Assembly (NCBI GenBank): GCA_964571845.1
Contig: CAZNDM010000087.1
Span: 16,376 to 80,375 of the forward strand
DNA: 64,000 nucleotides
Direction of reading: 5' to 3'
Source of the DNA: an uncultured bacterium
Lineage (GTDB): Bacteria > Hydrothermota > Hydrothermia > B15-G9 > WFZT01
The notes under the pieces were generated by a model. That model saw only the letters and a list, made by a program, of their open reading frames with translations. It made no database searches and had not been told where the DNA came from. Both the position numbers and the translations under genes were made by a program. Positions 8,657 to 18,348 of this stretch are shown piece after piece (the first letter of the stretch is position 1; each line of letters opens with the position of its first letter).

Positions 8657-9740
8657 AATCTCCAAAACCTCCACGATCTACAAAGATTATTGTCAAATTC
8701 CTGTCATAATAATACCACACCTGATAGGGAAGTGCATTCACATCAAATGGATGACTATCTATCTCGTCAGGTGGACCGAGCTTTATATAAACATGTCCCC
8801 TGTCAGTCAACGAACCGAGCATTCTGCCTATTGAGAAGTTCTTATTCGCATATGTCACCCTTTCGACAAACTCCTCCATCAATTCATTCTCAGGTGTTCC
8901 CGGAGTGGGATCGTGCTTTTTCCAGAATTCCTTCCAGAGGTTCATCTTCAGGGAATCAGGCGCCCTCTCAATCCTCCTGACTTCACTGTATGGTGCGATG
9001 TAAATAAGTGCAGGGATATAATTGTCGAGATTCCCGACAAGGATACTTCCACCCTTCCTGTATATAAAACGCGCCTTTCTCTCAAATTTTACTCCGTCAA
9101 CTGTAATTTTGAACCCCGTCGTGTACTCCCCTCGCGCAAGTGTGTCTGGCATGCTGAACTTTACAACAAAATTACCCCCACCCTTTCTCTCGATAATGGG
9201 AGAGAGCACGACCCCTTTAACGGGGACATCGAACCCCCGCTGATCCTCCATTAATTTTAAGGTTACCTCTATCTTCGAAGGGTCCGGGATCACCCTGAAC
9301 AGAAATGCCACGGTATCACCTTCAAAAACCGGATACCCTTCAACAGGGATTGGGTCTCCAAGAAAAATCTTATTTTTCATGTAATCCCTTAGATCGTACT
9401 TCCACTCTTTCTCAAATACTTCCTCACCTGTTATGGAGTTTGAAATCTTAAGTAAGGCTTTAAATTTCTTCCTCGTCGGGATTTTAAAACTTCTTTTGAT
9501 TATTTTCCGCAAAGAACCGCCCTTCTTGAACTTCACATACCAGAAATTTCCAAAGATCACATCCTTACCTGACCTGATCTCTACTGCAACTTCTGCGGAT
9601 CCCCTGCCTCTGAAGGTGAGAAACTTCGAAGCAGGTAATGCCGCGACAACGGTTACTTCACACGAATCAGCGGAAACGGGCGAAATATAAAAAAATCCCT
9701 GTGGCTTAAGAAGAGAGGCGAGGATGAGGAGCCAGAACAA
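8613..9740 (-). CDS. GWxTD-like domain secreted protein, paralog 2
   Basis: 375 aa. The start at 9738-9740 is a TTG lying directly after the htpX stop, followed by the hydrophobic N-terminus MFWLLILASLL. The C-terminus has W..HDPTPGTPENEL and GSLTDRGHVYIKLGPPDEI. It overlaps paralog 1 by about 44 nt. Confidence 0.55.
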   Translation of the reverse strand: MFWLLILASLLKPQGFFYISPVSADSCEVTVVAALPASKFLTFRGRGSAEVAVEIRSGKDVIFGNFWYVKFKKGGSLRKIIKRSFKIPTRKKFKALLKISNSITGEEVFEKEWKYDLRDYMKNKIFLGDPIPVEGYPVFEGDTVAFLFRVIPDPSKIEVTLKLMEDQRGFDVPVKGVVLSPIIERKGGGNFVVKFSMPDTLARGEYTTGFKITVDGVKFERKARFIYRKGGSILVGNLDNYIPALIYIAPYSEVRRIERAPDSLKMNLWKEFWKKHDPTPGTPENELMEEFVERVTYANKNFSIGRMLGSLTDRGHVYIKLGPPDEIDSHPFDVNALPYQVWYYYDRNLTIIFVDRGGFGDYELYYPADLFDRIN

Positions 9741-10601
9741 TCAGATCACCCCCATATTACGAGCCATGGCTTCGAGCCTTTTAATCCTTTCTTCAATGGG
9801 TGGATGTGTTGAAAACAGGGATGCGATGCCGCCACCTCTGAAAGGTGTTACAATAAAGAGGTGTGCAGTCGCCGGATTAGCTTCAAGTGGAAGTTTTTGT
9901 GCGCCATAGGCAAGTTTTTTAAGAGCGCTTGCGAGGGCAAGGGGATCACGGGATATTCTGGCTCCCGTGGCATCAGCAAGGTACTCACGGGATCTCGATA
10001 TGGCAAGCTGGATGATCGTGGCTGCAATTGGCGCAAGAATAGAAACGAGCAGAGCAACTATCATATTGCTCCCTCTGTCTTCGTCATCACCTCCGAAACT
10101 ACCAAAGATCGCTGCCCATCTCGCCATGTATGCAAGATAGGTGATGGCACCTGCAATCGTTGCAGTAACAGTCATTATCAATACATCCCTGTTTCGGATG
10201 TGTGAAATCTCGTGCGCAAGCACACCCCTCAGCTCACGAGGAGTTAGAAGATTCAATATACCCCTTGTAACAGCCACAGCAGCGTGTCCCGGACCTCTAC
10301 CAGTTGCAAATGCATTGGGATGGTCAGTGGGAATGATATACACCCTTGGCTTCGGTATCCCTGCAGCTCTGGCAAGCTCTTCAACCATTGCGTGTAGCTC
10401 AGGAGCCTCAGAAGGGCTTACCTCTCTGGCTCTGTACATTGCGAGAACTATCCTGTCACTCCACCAGTAGGACACAAAGTTCATAACCCCGGCAAGGATC
10501 AGCGCCACGGTCATTCCACTTTTCCCACCAACGAGTCCCCCTATCCAGACGAGGAGAACCGTTAAAAGTGCAAGTAAAACATAAGTTTTCAGCTTCGACA
10601 T
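9741..10601 (-). CDS. htpX: Zinc metalloprotease HtpX (M48 family)
   Basis: 286 aa. Two N-terminal transmembrane helices and the HEISH zinc motif ([11 protein letters not shown]). The ATG at 10599-10601 is verified, with a GGGAGGTG ribosome-binding site. Confidence 0.85.
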   Translation of the reverse strand: MSKLKTYVLLALLTVLLVWIGGLVGGKSGMTVALILAGVMNFVSYWWSDRIVLAMYRAREVSPSEAPELHAMVEELARAAGIPKPRVYIIPTDHPNAFATGRGPGHAAVAVTRGILNLLTPRELRGVLAHEISHIRNRDVLIMTVTATIAGAITYLAYMARWAAIFGSFGGDDEDRGSNMIVALLVSILAPIAATIIQLAISRSREYLADATGARISRDPLALASALKKLAYGAQKLPLEANPATAHLFIVTPFRGGGIASLFSTHPPIEERIKRLEAMARNMGVI

Positions 10602-10650
10602 AATTTACACCTCCCTGGTTTCACTAATTAATAATTATACCCCCATTAAG

Positions 10651-10679
10651 TTGTCAAGTCCTGCTGTGTGGTTAATAAT
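10651..10679 (+). promoter_or_regulatory. Sigma-70-like promoter: TTGTCA, 17-nt spacer, AATAAT, upstream of the dehydrogenase gene
   Basis: TTGTCA at 10651-10656, a 17-nt spacer, and AATAAT at 10674-10679. The AGGAGG ribosome-binding site is at 10691-10696. Confidence 0.4.
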
Positions 10680-10703
10680 TTTCCAAAAATAGGAGGTCAC
10701 AAT

Positions 10704-11822
10704 ATGGCCAAATACAGGATTGCGCTTCTACCAGGTGATGGTATTGGAAAGGATGTCATGGATGCAGCGGAGATCGTTCTCCAGAAAATTGATCTTGATG
10801 CCGAATATGTTTACGGTGATATTGGCTGGGAATTCTGGAAAAAAGAGGGTAATCCTCTACCAGATAGAACACTTGAACTCCTGAGAAATTCAACATGCGC
10901 ACTTTTTGGTGCAATTACATCAAAGCCAAAGGAAGAAGCTCAGAAAGAGCTTGCACCTGAACTCCAGGGAAAAGGATACGAATACTTCAGTCCAATCGTT
11001 AGATTGAGACAGGAGTTCGATCTTTACATAAATCTGAGGCCTGCAAAGGCTTTTCCAGGCAATCCCTTAAATTTCAGAGATGATATTGACCTCGTTATTT
11101 TCAGAGAGAACACTGAAGGGATGTATGCAGGTGTGGAGTTTCATCCACTTCCTCAGGAGGTCAAGGATGTACTTCTGAAACACCATCCAAAGATGAAAAG
11201 ATTTGAAAAAGTGCCCAACGACGAGATTGCACTCTCGACGAGGATAATGACCAAAAAGGGCTGCTACAGAATTGTTAAAGCAGCTTTTGAGTATGCGAGA
11301 CAGCACGGGAGGAAATCCGTTACACTCGTTGAAAAACCGAATGTTTTGAGGGAAACTGGCGGATTGATCCTCAGAATAGCGCGTGAAATTGCAAAAGAGT
11401 ACCCTGACATCGAATACAGGGAAGCCAATGTGGATGCCATGGCAATGTGGCTTGTCAAAAACCCGCAGGATTATGATGTTCTGGTGGCAGAAAATCTCTT
11501 TGGAGACATTATATCCGACCTGGCGGCTCAACTGGTCGGTGGACTCGGCTTTGCTTCAGCGGGCAACATAGGAGACAACTTTGCAGTGTTTGAACCCACA
11601 CACGGTTCTGCTCCAAAATACGCAGGCCAGTACAAAGTCAATCCAATGGCGATGCTACTCGCAGTTAAACTCATGCTCGAATGGCTTGGAGAAAAGGAGA
11701 AGGCAGAGAGACTTGAGAACGCAATAGCAGAGGTGATAAAAGAGGGTAAAGTCAGGACATACGACATGGGTGGTAATTCATCCACCCTCGATGTAGCAAG
11801 AGCTGTAGCAGAGAGGCTTTAG
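10704..11822 (+). CDS. icd: Isocitrate/isopropylmalate dehydrogenase family protein, probably NAD(P)-dependent isocitrate dehydrogenase
   Basis: The protein begins MAKYRIALLPGDGIGKDV and ends with the C-terminal substrate/metal region typical of the IDH/IMDH fold. The ATG at 10704 follows the AGGAGG site; the track start at 10668 lies upstream of that ribosome-binding site. Confidence 0.7.
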   Translation: MAKYRIALLPGDGIGKDVMDAAEIVLQKIDLDAEYVYGDIGWEFWKKEGNPLPDRTLELLRNSTCALFGAITSKPKEEAQKELAPELQGKGYEYFSPIVRLRQEFDLYINLRPAKAFPGNPLNFRDDIDLVIFRENTEGMYAGVEFHPLPQEVKDVLLKHHPKMKRFEKVPNDEIALSTRIMTKKGCYRIVKAAFEYARQHGRKSVTLVEKPNVLRETGGLILRIAREIAKEYPDIEYREANVDAMAMWLVKNPQDYDVLVAENLFGDIISDLAAQLVGGLGFASAGNIGDNFAVFEPTHGSAPKYAGQYKVNPMAMLLAVKLMLEWLGEKEKAERLENAIAEVIKEGKVRTYDMGGNSSTLDVARAVAERL

Positions 11823-11827
11823 GGTAT

Positions 11828-11870
11828 GGTGTGGGCACGCCGGAGGCGCGCCTCCGGCGTGCCCACACCA
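11828..11870. terminator. Perfect GC-rich palindrome with a 20-bp stem, probably a U-tract-less or bidirectional terminator
   Basis: tggtgtgggcacgccggaggcgcgcctccggcgtgcccacacca. It is followed by an A-run on the plus strand, not a T-run, and lies between two plus-strand genes. Confidence 0.45.
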
Positions 11871-11907
11871 TTGTAAAAAAATCCTCACTTACCGTAAAAT
11901 TTCCACC

Positions 11908-12357
11908 ATGAGAAAAGCCATCCTCGTCTCAATCTTCCTTCTTGTTGGTGCATGCACTCAGGTACGGCAAATAGTCGCCGTTAAAGACCTGAGAATAAAA
12001 TTCCTGAACGTTGAAATCGCCAGTATCTCACTCGACGGAATTGATCTGAACCTCAACTTCAGAGCTTACAATCCCAATAAGGTAAACGCACTCCTCACGG
12101 GATTCGCCGTTGACATCTTTGCAAACAACTACAAGCTCGGTAAAGCCAGTATAAACCATCACCTCAAAATTCCAGCCGGGAAATCTGCAAACTTCACTCT
12201 TCCCCTGCACCTGAGATGGAGTGACCTCTCAAGATCGGTCTCAAGTGCCATCAAGCAGAAACGCGTTACATTTAAAGCCGTTGGATACGCGCTGATCGAC
12301 ACCCCTATCGGCAAACTCAGGTTTAAAGTGGCAGATTACACGAAGACCGTCAGGTAA
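11908..12357 (+). CDS. LEA_2 (late-embryogenesis-abundant type 2 / WHy-like) lipoprotein
   Basis: 149 aa. Lipobox LLVGAC, then repeated beta-strand motifs (IDLNLNFRAYNPNKV...ANFTLPLHL) typical of LEA14-like bacterial lipoproteins. Confidence 0.5.
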   Translation: MRKAILVSIFLLVGACTQVRQIVAVKDLRIKFLNVEIASISLDGIDLNLNFRAYNPNKVNALLTGFAVDIFANNYKLGKASINHHLKIPAGKSANFTLPLHLRWSDLSRSVSSAIKQKRVTFKAVGYALIDTPIGKLRFKVADYTKTVR

Positions 12358-12360
12358 ACT

Positions 12361-14724
12361 TTAAAAGGCTTCTTCAAAGTTGTTAGGTTCCTCAAAGCGC
12401 TCCCGTTGCTTTTTGTACATGTTATAACTGTATTGAACACTCAACGAAACCATTAAAGGATCTCGACTGAAACTCTTTCTGGCGTAATAATCGGGACCTT
12501 CGGAAAAATATTCCCATTTGAAACCACCGTCAATGTTTTGCAGTCTAAGTGAGAGCGAGAGATTTCTCCCTATTTTCTTCCTCAATCCAAGATCAACGGT
12601 GTGGAATCCTGCTCTTTCTCCCTGCAAAGTGGCAACAGGGCTCCTGTAGCGGAAAACGACCTGCAATCTCACATCTCCTCGAAGATCAAGCTCATTTATC
12701 ATCCGCACACTCCATGAAACGCTTCGGTTCTCGTATGTTCTACCAGCAAGGGTGCCTTTTATGTAATATCTGTACATGTCAAAAGACCAGTTGACTGAAA
12801 AATTGCTAAAAAGATCCATGTTTATAAACGCCTCCACGCCTGTTCTGTAACCTGTGCCCGCATTACCGAATGTTTCAATGAACACATCCTGCGAAAGTGG
12901 TATGGTTATACGCTCAATATCGTCGTGAATGGTTTTATGATAGATGGATGCCGAAATAAATCCCCTCAGAACAGGATATTTAAAACTCGCCTCGTAACTG
13001 TCAATGTACACCGGTTTCAAATCGGGATTCCCCTTGCGTATGGTGTGAGGATCCACCCACACTCTAAAAGGTGCGATCATCCAGCCCCGGGGACGCCTGA
13101 TCCTCCTCGTGTAAGAAAACATCACCTGAGTTATATCTCCCATGGAAATGTGAAGGGAAGGGAAAAGGTCAGAAGTTTCCATGCTGAAGGTCTCCCCTGT
13201 CCTGAGGTCCTTTATCTCCCTTTTTTCAATTTCACCTCTCAATCCTGCTTGAAATCCAATTGCTCTCACACTGCCGCTCAAAAGTGAATAAACGGAATGA
13301 ATTTCCCTCTTTTGACTGTAATTTATGTCATAGGTGGTGTCTCTCACAAAGGTTGAAACTGTGGTATCGTATCTGTAGTATTCGGATAAGTCTTCCCTGT
13401 ACCTGAACTTACTCTGTGATCCGATCTCAAATTTCCACTTTTCTGAAAACGGTCTTTCATAGTTAATTTTAAAATCAACCCTGTACGAGGGACCGCCTCC
13501 CGATACCTTCCTCCCATACACGGGTGTGCCGTCGAAAAGTTTTTCAAGATAATGGGTTTCAATGTCTCTGCTTCCTCTGCCGTAACTCATGTCAGCTGAG
13601 AGTTTGTGCATGGGTGAGAACCTGTGAGTGTATCCGGCAAAGACTCCCCAGATGGGATGCTGGAGGTCAAATGTTTCCACTGTCTTTGTGTCAGCATAAT
13701 CGTTTTCGTTAATTCTCGACATTCCCCATTTGAAATAATTGCCGCCGATACTCAGCATTCCTGATCTGGAAACCTTAAAATTCAGGCCACCGCGGAAACT
13801 TATGGGATTTCTTGAAAACTCTGAGTTACCGGTTGAGCTTATGACAACAGTGTCAGAATCGCTGAAATACTCTTTGAATACGGTTATTTCGCCGGGAAAG
13901 TTCCTCTTTGACGCGTTCAGGGAGAGAAAGATATCCAGTTTATCGGTCCTTTTCGTATAAAGGAGGTTTGCTCCATAGTTATCGTATCTCCCAGCGGATA
14001 CGGAGATTGTGTAACCGGAGCGTCTTTTCTTCCCTTTTTTCAACACGACATTGATGATACCCGCCTCACCTTCGGGATCATACTTTGCCGAAGGGTTTGT
14101 AATGATCTCTATTTTGTCTATCATGGCAGCTGGCATCTGCTGCAGTACCTCTGAAGGATCAGCAAGTGTGGGTCTGCCATCGATCAGGAGGGTAAAACTG
14201 GAGCTGCCCCTGAGTTTGACATTGCCTTCAATGTCAACCTCAATAGAGGGGACATTTTTCAGCACATCAACTGCGGTTATGGCTTCAGATGAGAGCTCCT
14301 TTCCCACCTGAACCACCTTTCTGTCGATCTTGAATGTGATCTGAGGAGCACGGGCTTTGACCTCAACAGGTTTTGCTTCAATATACGCAGGTTTCAGGTA
14401 AATTTTGCCAAGTCTCACGAAAGATTTGCTCGGTGTCAGCTTCACCGGCTTTATCACCTTCTTTTTGTATCCCAGGAAATCAACCTCGATATAGTACTCG
14501 CCAAACGGGAGATTTCTGAGGGCAAATCTTCCAAGAGAGTCGGTTGCTATTCCTCCGGCTTTAGTACTATCTGGCAGACGATAGGCAATAACCGTGGCAT
14601 ACTCAAGGGGCGTCCCGGTCTCGGAATCCAGCACCTTACCCACGATTAGCGTTTTAAACTTTCCTCCGGGACGCATGGAAAATAGAAAAAACGGTAATAA
14701 ACAAAACAACAAAATCCTCCTCAT
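12361..14724 (-). CDS. TonB-dependent outer-membrane receptor with an N-terminal carboxypeptidase-regulatory-like domain
   Basis: Signal peptide and a CarbopepD_reg-like domain (VGKVLDSETGTPLEYATVIAY...DSLGRFAL), followed by a plug and beta-barrel region. The C-terminal aromatic residue (EEAF) is typical of outer-membrane barrels. The ATG at 14722-14724 has a GGAGGTG ribosome-binding site; the track start at 14730 is a GTG. Confidence 0.75.
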   Translation of the reverse strand: MRRILLFCLLPFFLFSMRPGGKFKTLIVGKVLDSETGTPLEYATVIAYRLPDSTKAGGIATDSLGRFALRNLPFGEYYIEVDFLGYKKKVIKPVKLTPSKSFVRLGKIYLKPAYIEAKPVEVKARAPQITFKIDRKVVQVGKELSSEAITAVDVLKNVPSIEVDIEGNVKLRGSSSFTLLIDGRPTLADPSEVLQQMPAAMIDKIEIITNPSAKYDPEGEAGIINVVLKKGKKRRSGYTISVSAGRYDNYGANLLYTKRTDKLDIFLSLNASKRNFPGEITVFKEYFSDSDTVVISSTGNSEFSRNPISFRGGLNFKVSRSGMLSIGGNYFKWGMSRINENDYADTKTVETFDLQHPIWGVFAGYTHRFSPMHKLSADMSYGRGSRDIETHYLEKLFDGTPVYGRKVSGGGPSYRVDFKINYERPFSEKWKFEIGSQSKFRYREDLSEYYRYDTTVSTFVRDTTYDINYSQKREIHSVYSLLSGSVRAIGFQAGLRGEIEKREIKDLRTGETFSMETSDLFPSLHISMGDITQVMFSYTRRIRRPRGWMIAPFRVWVDPHTIRKGNPDLKPVYIDSYEASFKYPVLRGFISASIYHKTIHDDIERITIPLSQDVFIETFGNAGTGYRTGVEAFINMDLFSNFSVNWSFDMYRYYIKGTLAGRTYENRSVSWSVRMINELDLRGDVRLQVVFRYRSPVATLQGERAGFHTVDLGLRKKIGRNLSLSLRLQNIDGGFKWEYFSEGPDYYARKSFSRDPLMVSLSVQYSYNMYKKQRERFEEPNNFEEAF

Positions 14725-14820
14725 AGGCACCTCCAGATTTTATTAGATTCGGGAACCTTCAGAATAGTTCCCATCTGATTTAAAAACCCGGGAATAGGTC
14801 TTGCTCATCGTCCGGAGAGA

Positions 14821-16077
14821 TCAGGTACCTTCTTCCCAGCTCGAAAGATACTTAATCTGTTCCTCAGTAAGGGTGTCAATCGAAATATTCATGGACCTGA
14901 GCTTTAGAGAGGCGATCTGCCGGTCAATCTCATCCGGAAGGGTGTAAACTCTATTTTCAAGGTTTTCCCTGTTGTCCATAATGTATTTCACTGCCATAGC
15001 CTGATTGGAAAAGGACATGTCCATGACAGTGGGCGGATGACCTTCTGCCGCTGCAAGGTTGACAAGTCGCCCATCAGCGAGGAGGAAGACACTTTTACCA
15101 TCTGGCAGGACGAACTTTTTGACATTTGGTCGCACCTCTTCAGATTTTACGGCTATTTTCCTGAGTCCCTGGACATCTATTTCCACATCGAAGTGCCCCG
15201 AATTTGCAAGAATTGCTCCATTTTTCATGAGTTTGATATGATCTATGGTGATAACATTCTTATCGCCTGTCACTGTCACGAAGAAGTCACCAATCTTTGC
15301 GGCATCCTCCATTTTCATGACTTCAAAACCGTCCATGACCGCCTCGAGGGCTCTGATCGGGTCAACCTCGGTTACAACCACTCTGGCACCCATACCCCTC
15401 GCCCTCATTGCCACACCTCTGCCACACCATCCGTAACCCGCAACTACAAATATTGAGCCTGCAATGAGGAGGTTCGTCGCTCTCAGTATCCCGTCAAGCG
15501 TGGACTGACCTGTACCGTATCTGTTGTCAAAAAGATACTTTGTCTTTGAATCGTTAACTGCGATTATTGGATATTTCAAAACCCCGTCTCTTTCCATTGC
15601 TCTGAACCTGATGACACCTGTGGTGGTCTCCTCTGTTCCTCCCCATACCTTCTCCGCCATTTCTGGCAGTTCCCTGTGGAGATATGCTGTGAGATCCCCA
15701 CCGTCATCCAGGGTGATGTGTGGCTCTATCTCAAGTACTTTCTGGATGTTGTGATAGTATTCCTCCGAAGAGTCTCCGTGAACTGCAAATACTTCAATGC
15801 CGTAATCTGACACAAGTGAAGCTGCCACATCATCTTTCGTACTCAACGGGTTTGATGCCGACAATCTCACATGAGCCCCACCTTTCTTCAGTGTTATCAT
15901 CAAAGCTGCTGTCTCTGGTGTAACATGCAGACATGCTCCAATCCTCACACCTCGAAAAGGTTTCTCCCCGGCAAATTCTTCTCGCAAAATCGAAAGCACG
16001 GGCATGTGCTCCATCGCCCACTCGATTTTCCTCTTCCCGGATTCACGCAGTGCAATGTCTTTAACGCGATAATCCAT
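14821..16077 (-). CDS. ahcY: Adenosylhomocysteinase
   Basis: 418 aa. Diagnostic motifs [30 protein letters not shown] and the NAD-binding GYGWCGRG. The ATG at 16075-16077 is verified, with a GGAGG ribosome-binding site. Confidence 0.9.
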   Translation of the reverse strand: MDYRVKDIALRESGKRKIEWAMEHMPVLSILREEFAGEKPFRGVRIGACLHVTPETAALMITLKKGGAHVRLSASNPLSTKDDVAASLVSDYGIEVFAVHGDSSEEYYHNIQKVLEIEPHITLDDGGDLTAYLHRELPEMAEKVWGGTEETTTGVIRFRAMERDGVLKYPIIAVNDSKTKYLFDNRYGTGQSTLDGILRATNLLIAGSIFVVAGYGWCGRGVAMRARGMGARVVVTEVDPIRALEAVMDGFEVMKMEDAAKIGDFFVTVTGDKNVITIDHIKLMKNGAILANSGHFDVEIDVQGLRKIAVKSEEVRPNVKKFVLPDGKSVFLLADGRLVNLAAAEGHPPTVMDMSFSNQAMAVKYIMDNRENLENRVYTLPDEIDRQIASLKLRSMNISIDTLTEEQIKYLSSWEEGT

Positions 16078-16217
16078 AACAAAGCCTCCAATACTTTTTG
16101 GTTAATTATATCGGTGCAGGACCGGAATGGAAAAATCTGCTTTTCTTTTCCTCAACATGCTCAAAAATTTTATAACAATTTTTGCCAAACACGCCCACTT
16201 TCGGGAATTGAAAAAAG

Positions 16218-17246
16218 ATGGTGCGAGAAGTATTATGTAAGACCATGAAAAGGATCTTCGTCAAAAATTTGAGAGAACATGTCAACGAAGAGATAGAAGA
16301 CTACTTCCTCGTTCTGAATGTCAAAATCAAGAAGAAAAAGGATGGGGGAGATTACATCGACCTTGTCCTGTCAGATGCAACGGGATCGGTACCGGCAAGG
16401 GTTTTCGACAATGTTCAGGAGAATCTCAACCATCTGAAAGAGGGGCAGGTTGCACTCGTAAAGGGTTATGTTGACCAATTCAGGGATGAAATAAATTTGA
16501 AAATCCTTGAGGCAACGCAGAAAGAGGATTTTGAAGTAAAGGATTTTATCCCCACAACAACGAGGGACATAGAGCGGATGGTGCTCGACCTGCACAGAAA
16601 CATTGAGCGTGTAACAAATCCCCACCTCAAGGAGCTTCTCAGGAGATTTTTCAACGATCCGGAGTTTATGGAAAAATTCAAAATGGCACCTGCTGCAAAA
16701 GCAAACCATCACGCGTACATAGGTGGATTGCTCGAACACACTCTCAACGTGACCGAACTTTGCGTCAGCATAGCCTCGAGGTACAGAGAGGTAAACTTCG
16801 ATGTTCTTATTACGGGAGCCCTGCTGCACGACATTGGCAAAGTTGAAGAATACTCGTATTTTCCAAAAATTGATCGCACCGACATCGGCAGATTGCTCGG
16901 TCATCTCGTCATCGGTTACGAAATGATCATGAGGAAAATACGGGAAATGAAAAACTATAGAGGCGGATTCCCTGAGGACCTGAAACTCCAGATTCTTCAC
17001 CTCGTTATTTCACATCACGGTGAGCTCGAATGGGGCTCCCCGGTGAGACCCATGACACTCGAAGCTCAGATCCTGCATTTTGCTGACAATATGGACTCAA
17101 AGGTGTGGATGTTTATTGACGCACGAAGAAAGAGAAGAGATCCTTACTCCCGCTGGTCAGAGTATCTGCAAAGCCTCAAACGGTATGTATATCTCGGAGA
17201 ACCAGAGGCGGAAACAGAAGACATCACCGATGAACTCTTCCAATAG
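16218..17246 (+). CDS. yhaM: OB-fold plus HD-domain phosphohydrolase, YhaM-like 3'-5' exoribonuclease family
   Basis: N-terminal OB-fold followed by an HD domain (HHAYIGGLLEHTLNV...LLHDIGK). The start could instead be the Met at 16245. Confidence 0.65.
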   Translation: MVREVLCKTMKRIFVKNLREHVNEEIEDYFLVLNVKIKKKKDGGDYIDLVLSDATGSVPARVFDNVQENLNHLKEGQVALVKGYVDQFRDEINLKILEATQKEDFEVKDFIPTTTRDIERMVLDLHRNIERVTNPHLKELLRRFFNDPEFMEKFKMAPAAKANHHAYIGGLLEHTLNVTELCVSIASRYREVNFDVLITGALLHDIGKVEEYSYFPKIDRTDIGRLLGHLVIGYEMIMRKIREMKNYRGGFPEDLKLQILHLVISHHGELEWGSPVRPMTLEAQILHFADNMDSKVWMFIDARRKRRDPYSRWSEYLQSLKRYVYLGEPEAETEDITDELFQ

Positions 17247-18348
17247 AATCAGGGTTCTTTTTAGACTGAGCTTCCTCTATCACCGGGCATCCCTTGATCC
17301 CATTTATGAAGTTATGAAAAACAACCCGATCTTCGATATCTATTTTTCCTGTGAGGATGAAAAAGAGCGGAAATTTCTGTTCTTCACAAGAAGTTTAAAA
17401 AGGGAAATCCACGAGAAACTCAAAAAAGAGGGACTAAAAGTAACTGAAGAGAAATCCGGTTTTGACATAGTAATCACAGGGGACACCATCAGGGATGCCG
17501 GAAAGTACGGCAAAACCATCCTCGCCTTTGTAAATCACGGAACAGGAATAAAGACCATACTTTACAGAAATCTGAAAAGTCAGCCAGACACGAAGTATAT
17601 CATCTTTGTCGAAGGACCTTACAGAAAAAGAAAAATAATCGAGGAGGGTGCCCTTCTCAATAACGAAGTATATGTCGTTGGATATCCAAAGCTGGATCCA
17701 ATTTTTCAGGGTAAATTAAACAGAGAGGAGATTTTGAGGAAATGGAATCTTGATCCCGAGAAAAAAACTATTCTCTATGCTCCAACATACAAGCCAACGA
17801 GCATATATGACCTGAAGGATGCAATTTTTGAATATACCCGAGATTTTAACCTGATCATAAAACTTCACCCATATTCGTGGAGGGGTAAGTACGCACCGCA
17901 TTCACAGCACAGGATCTTTGAAAAGAGGGTAAAAAAATATACTCACGCAGTCCTAATCCCACCTGATGAACACAGCATCCTGCCGTTTATCCATGTTGCA
18001 GACACAATGGTGACAGAGGCGTCGAGCACGATGTTCGAATTCCTCGCCATCGGTAAATTTGGAATTATTTATAACCTGCCATACGAGAAACTGAAACACC
18101 ACGACGGTACACCCATATTGAGTGAGGACAATAGAGAATTTTTGAAAGACGCTTTTGTGCACATCAATTCACCTGAAGAGCTCCCAGCAGCAATCGAAAA
18201 AGCCCTCAATCCAGACGATCGGATGATTCAGGCAGCTGAAGATTATAAGAGGGACCTTTTTTACGGGCTTGACGGAAAGGCTTCTGAAAGAATCGTAAAC
18301 ATACTGCTTGAACTGTACAGAGAAGGGGGCCATGAAAACATTCCCTGA
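17230..18348 (+). CDS. CDP-glycerol glycerophosphotransferase (TagB/TagF 'Glyphos_transf') family protein
   Basis: C-terminal Glyphos_transf-like region (LYAPTYKP...IIKLHPY...VADTMVTEASSTMFEFLAIGK). The track ORF starts at 17080 inside yhaM. I place the start at the internal Met at 17230, MNSSNRIRVLF, which overlaps yhaM by 17 nt. Confidence 0.55.
   Translation: MNSSNRIRVLFRLSFLYHRASLDPIYEVMKNNPIFDIYFSCEDEKERKFLFFTRSLKREIHEKLKKEGLKVTEEKSGFDIVITGDTIRDAGKYGKTILAFVNHGTGIKTILYRNLKSQPDTKYIIFVEGPYRKRKIIEEGALLNNEVYVVGYPKLDPIFQGKLNREEILRKWNLDPEKKTILYAPTYKPTSIYDLKDAIFEYTRDFNLIIKLHPYSWRGKYAPHSQHRIFEKRVKKYTHAVLIPPDEHSILPFIHVADTMVTEASSTMFEFLAIGKFGIIYNLPYEKLKHHDGTPILSEDNREFLKDAFVHINSPEELPAAIEKALNPDDRMIQAAEDYKRDLFYGLDGKASERIVNILLELYREGGHENIP

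Noticed and set aside
14783-14816. Possible terminator hairpin after ahcY (CCGG…CCGG followed by GTTTTT on the minus strand)
   Set aside because: The stem is only 4-5 bp with a 17-nt loop, too weak to call.
16371-17000. 209-aa minus-strand ORF inside yhaM, and many other 60-150-aa antisense ORFs listed inside long genes (for example 4762..5220, 11067..11531, 52416..52973, 34623..35000)
   Set aside because: They overlap well-supported genes on the opposite strand and have no homology features or ribosome-binding sites. This is typical shadow-ORF behaviour.
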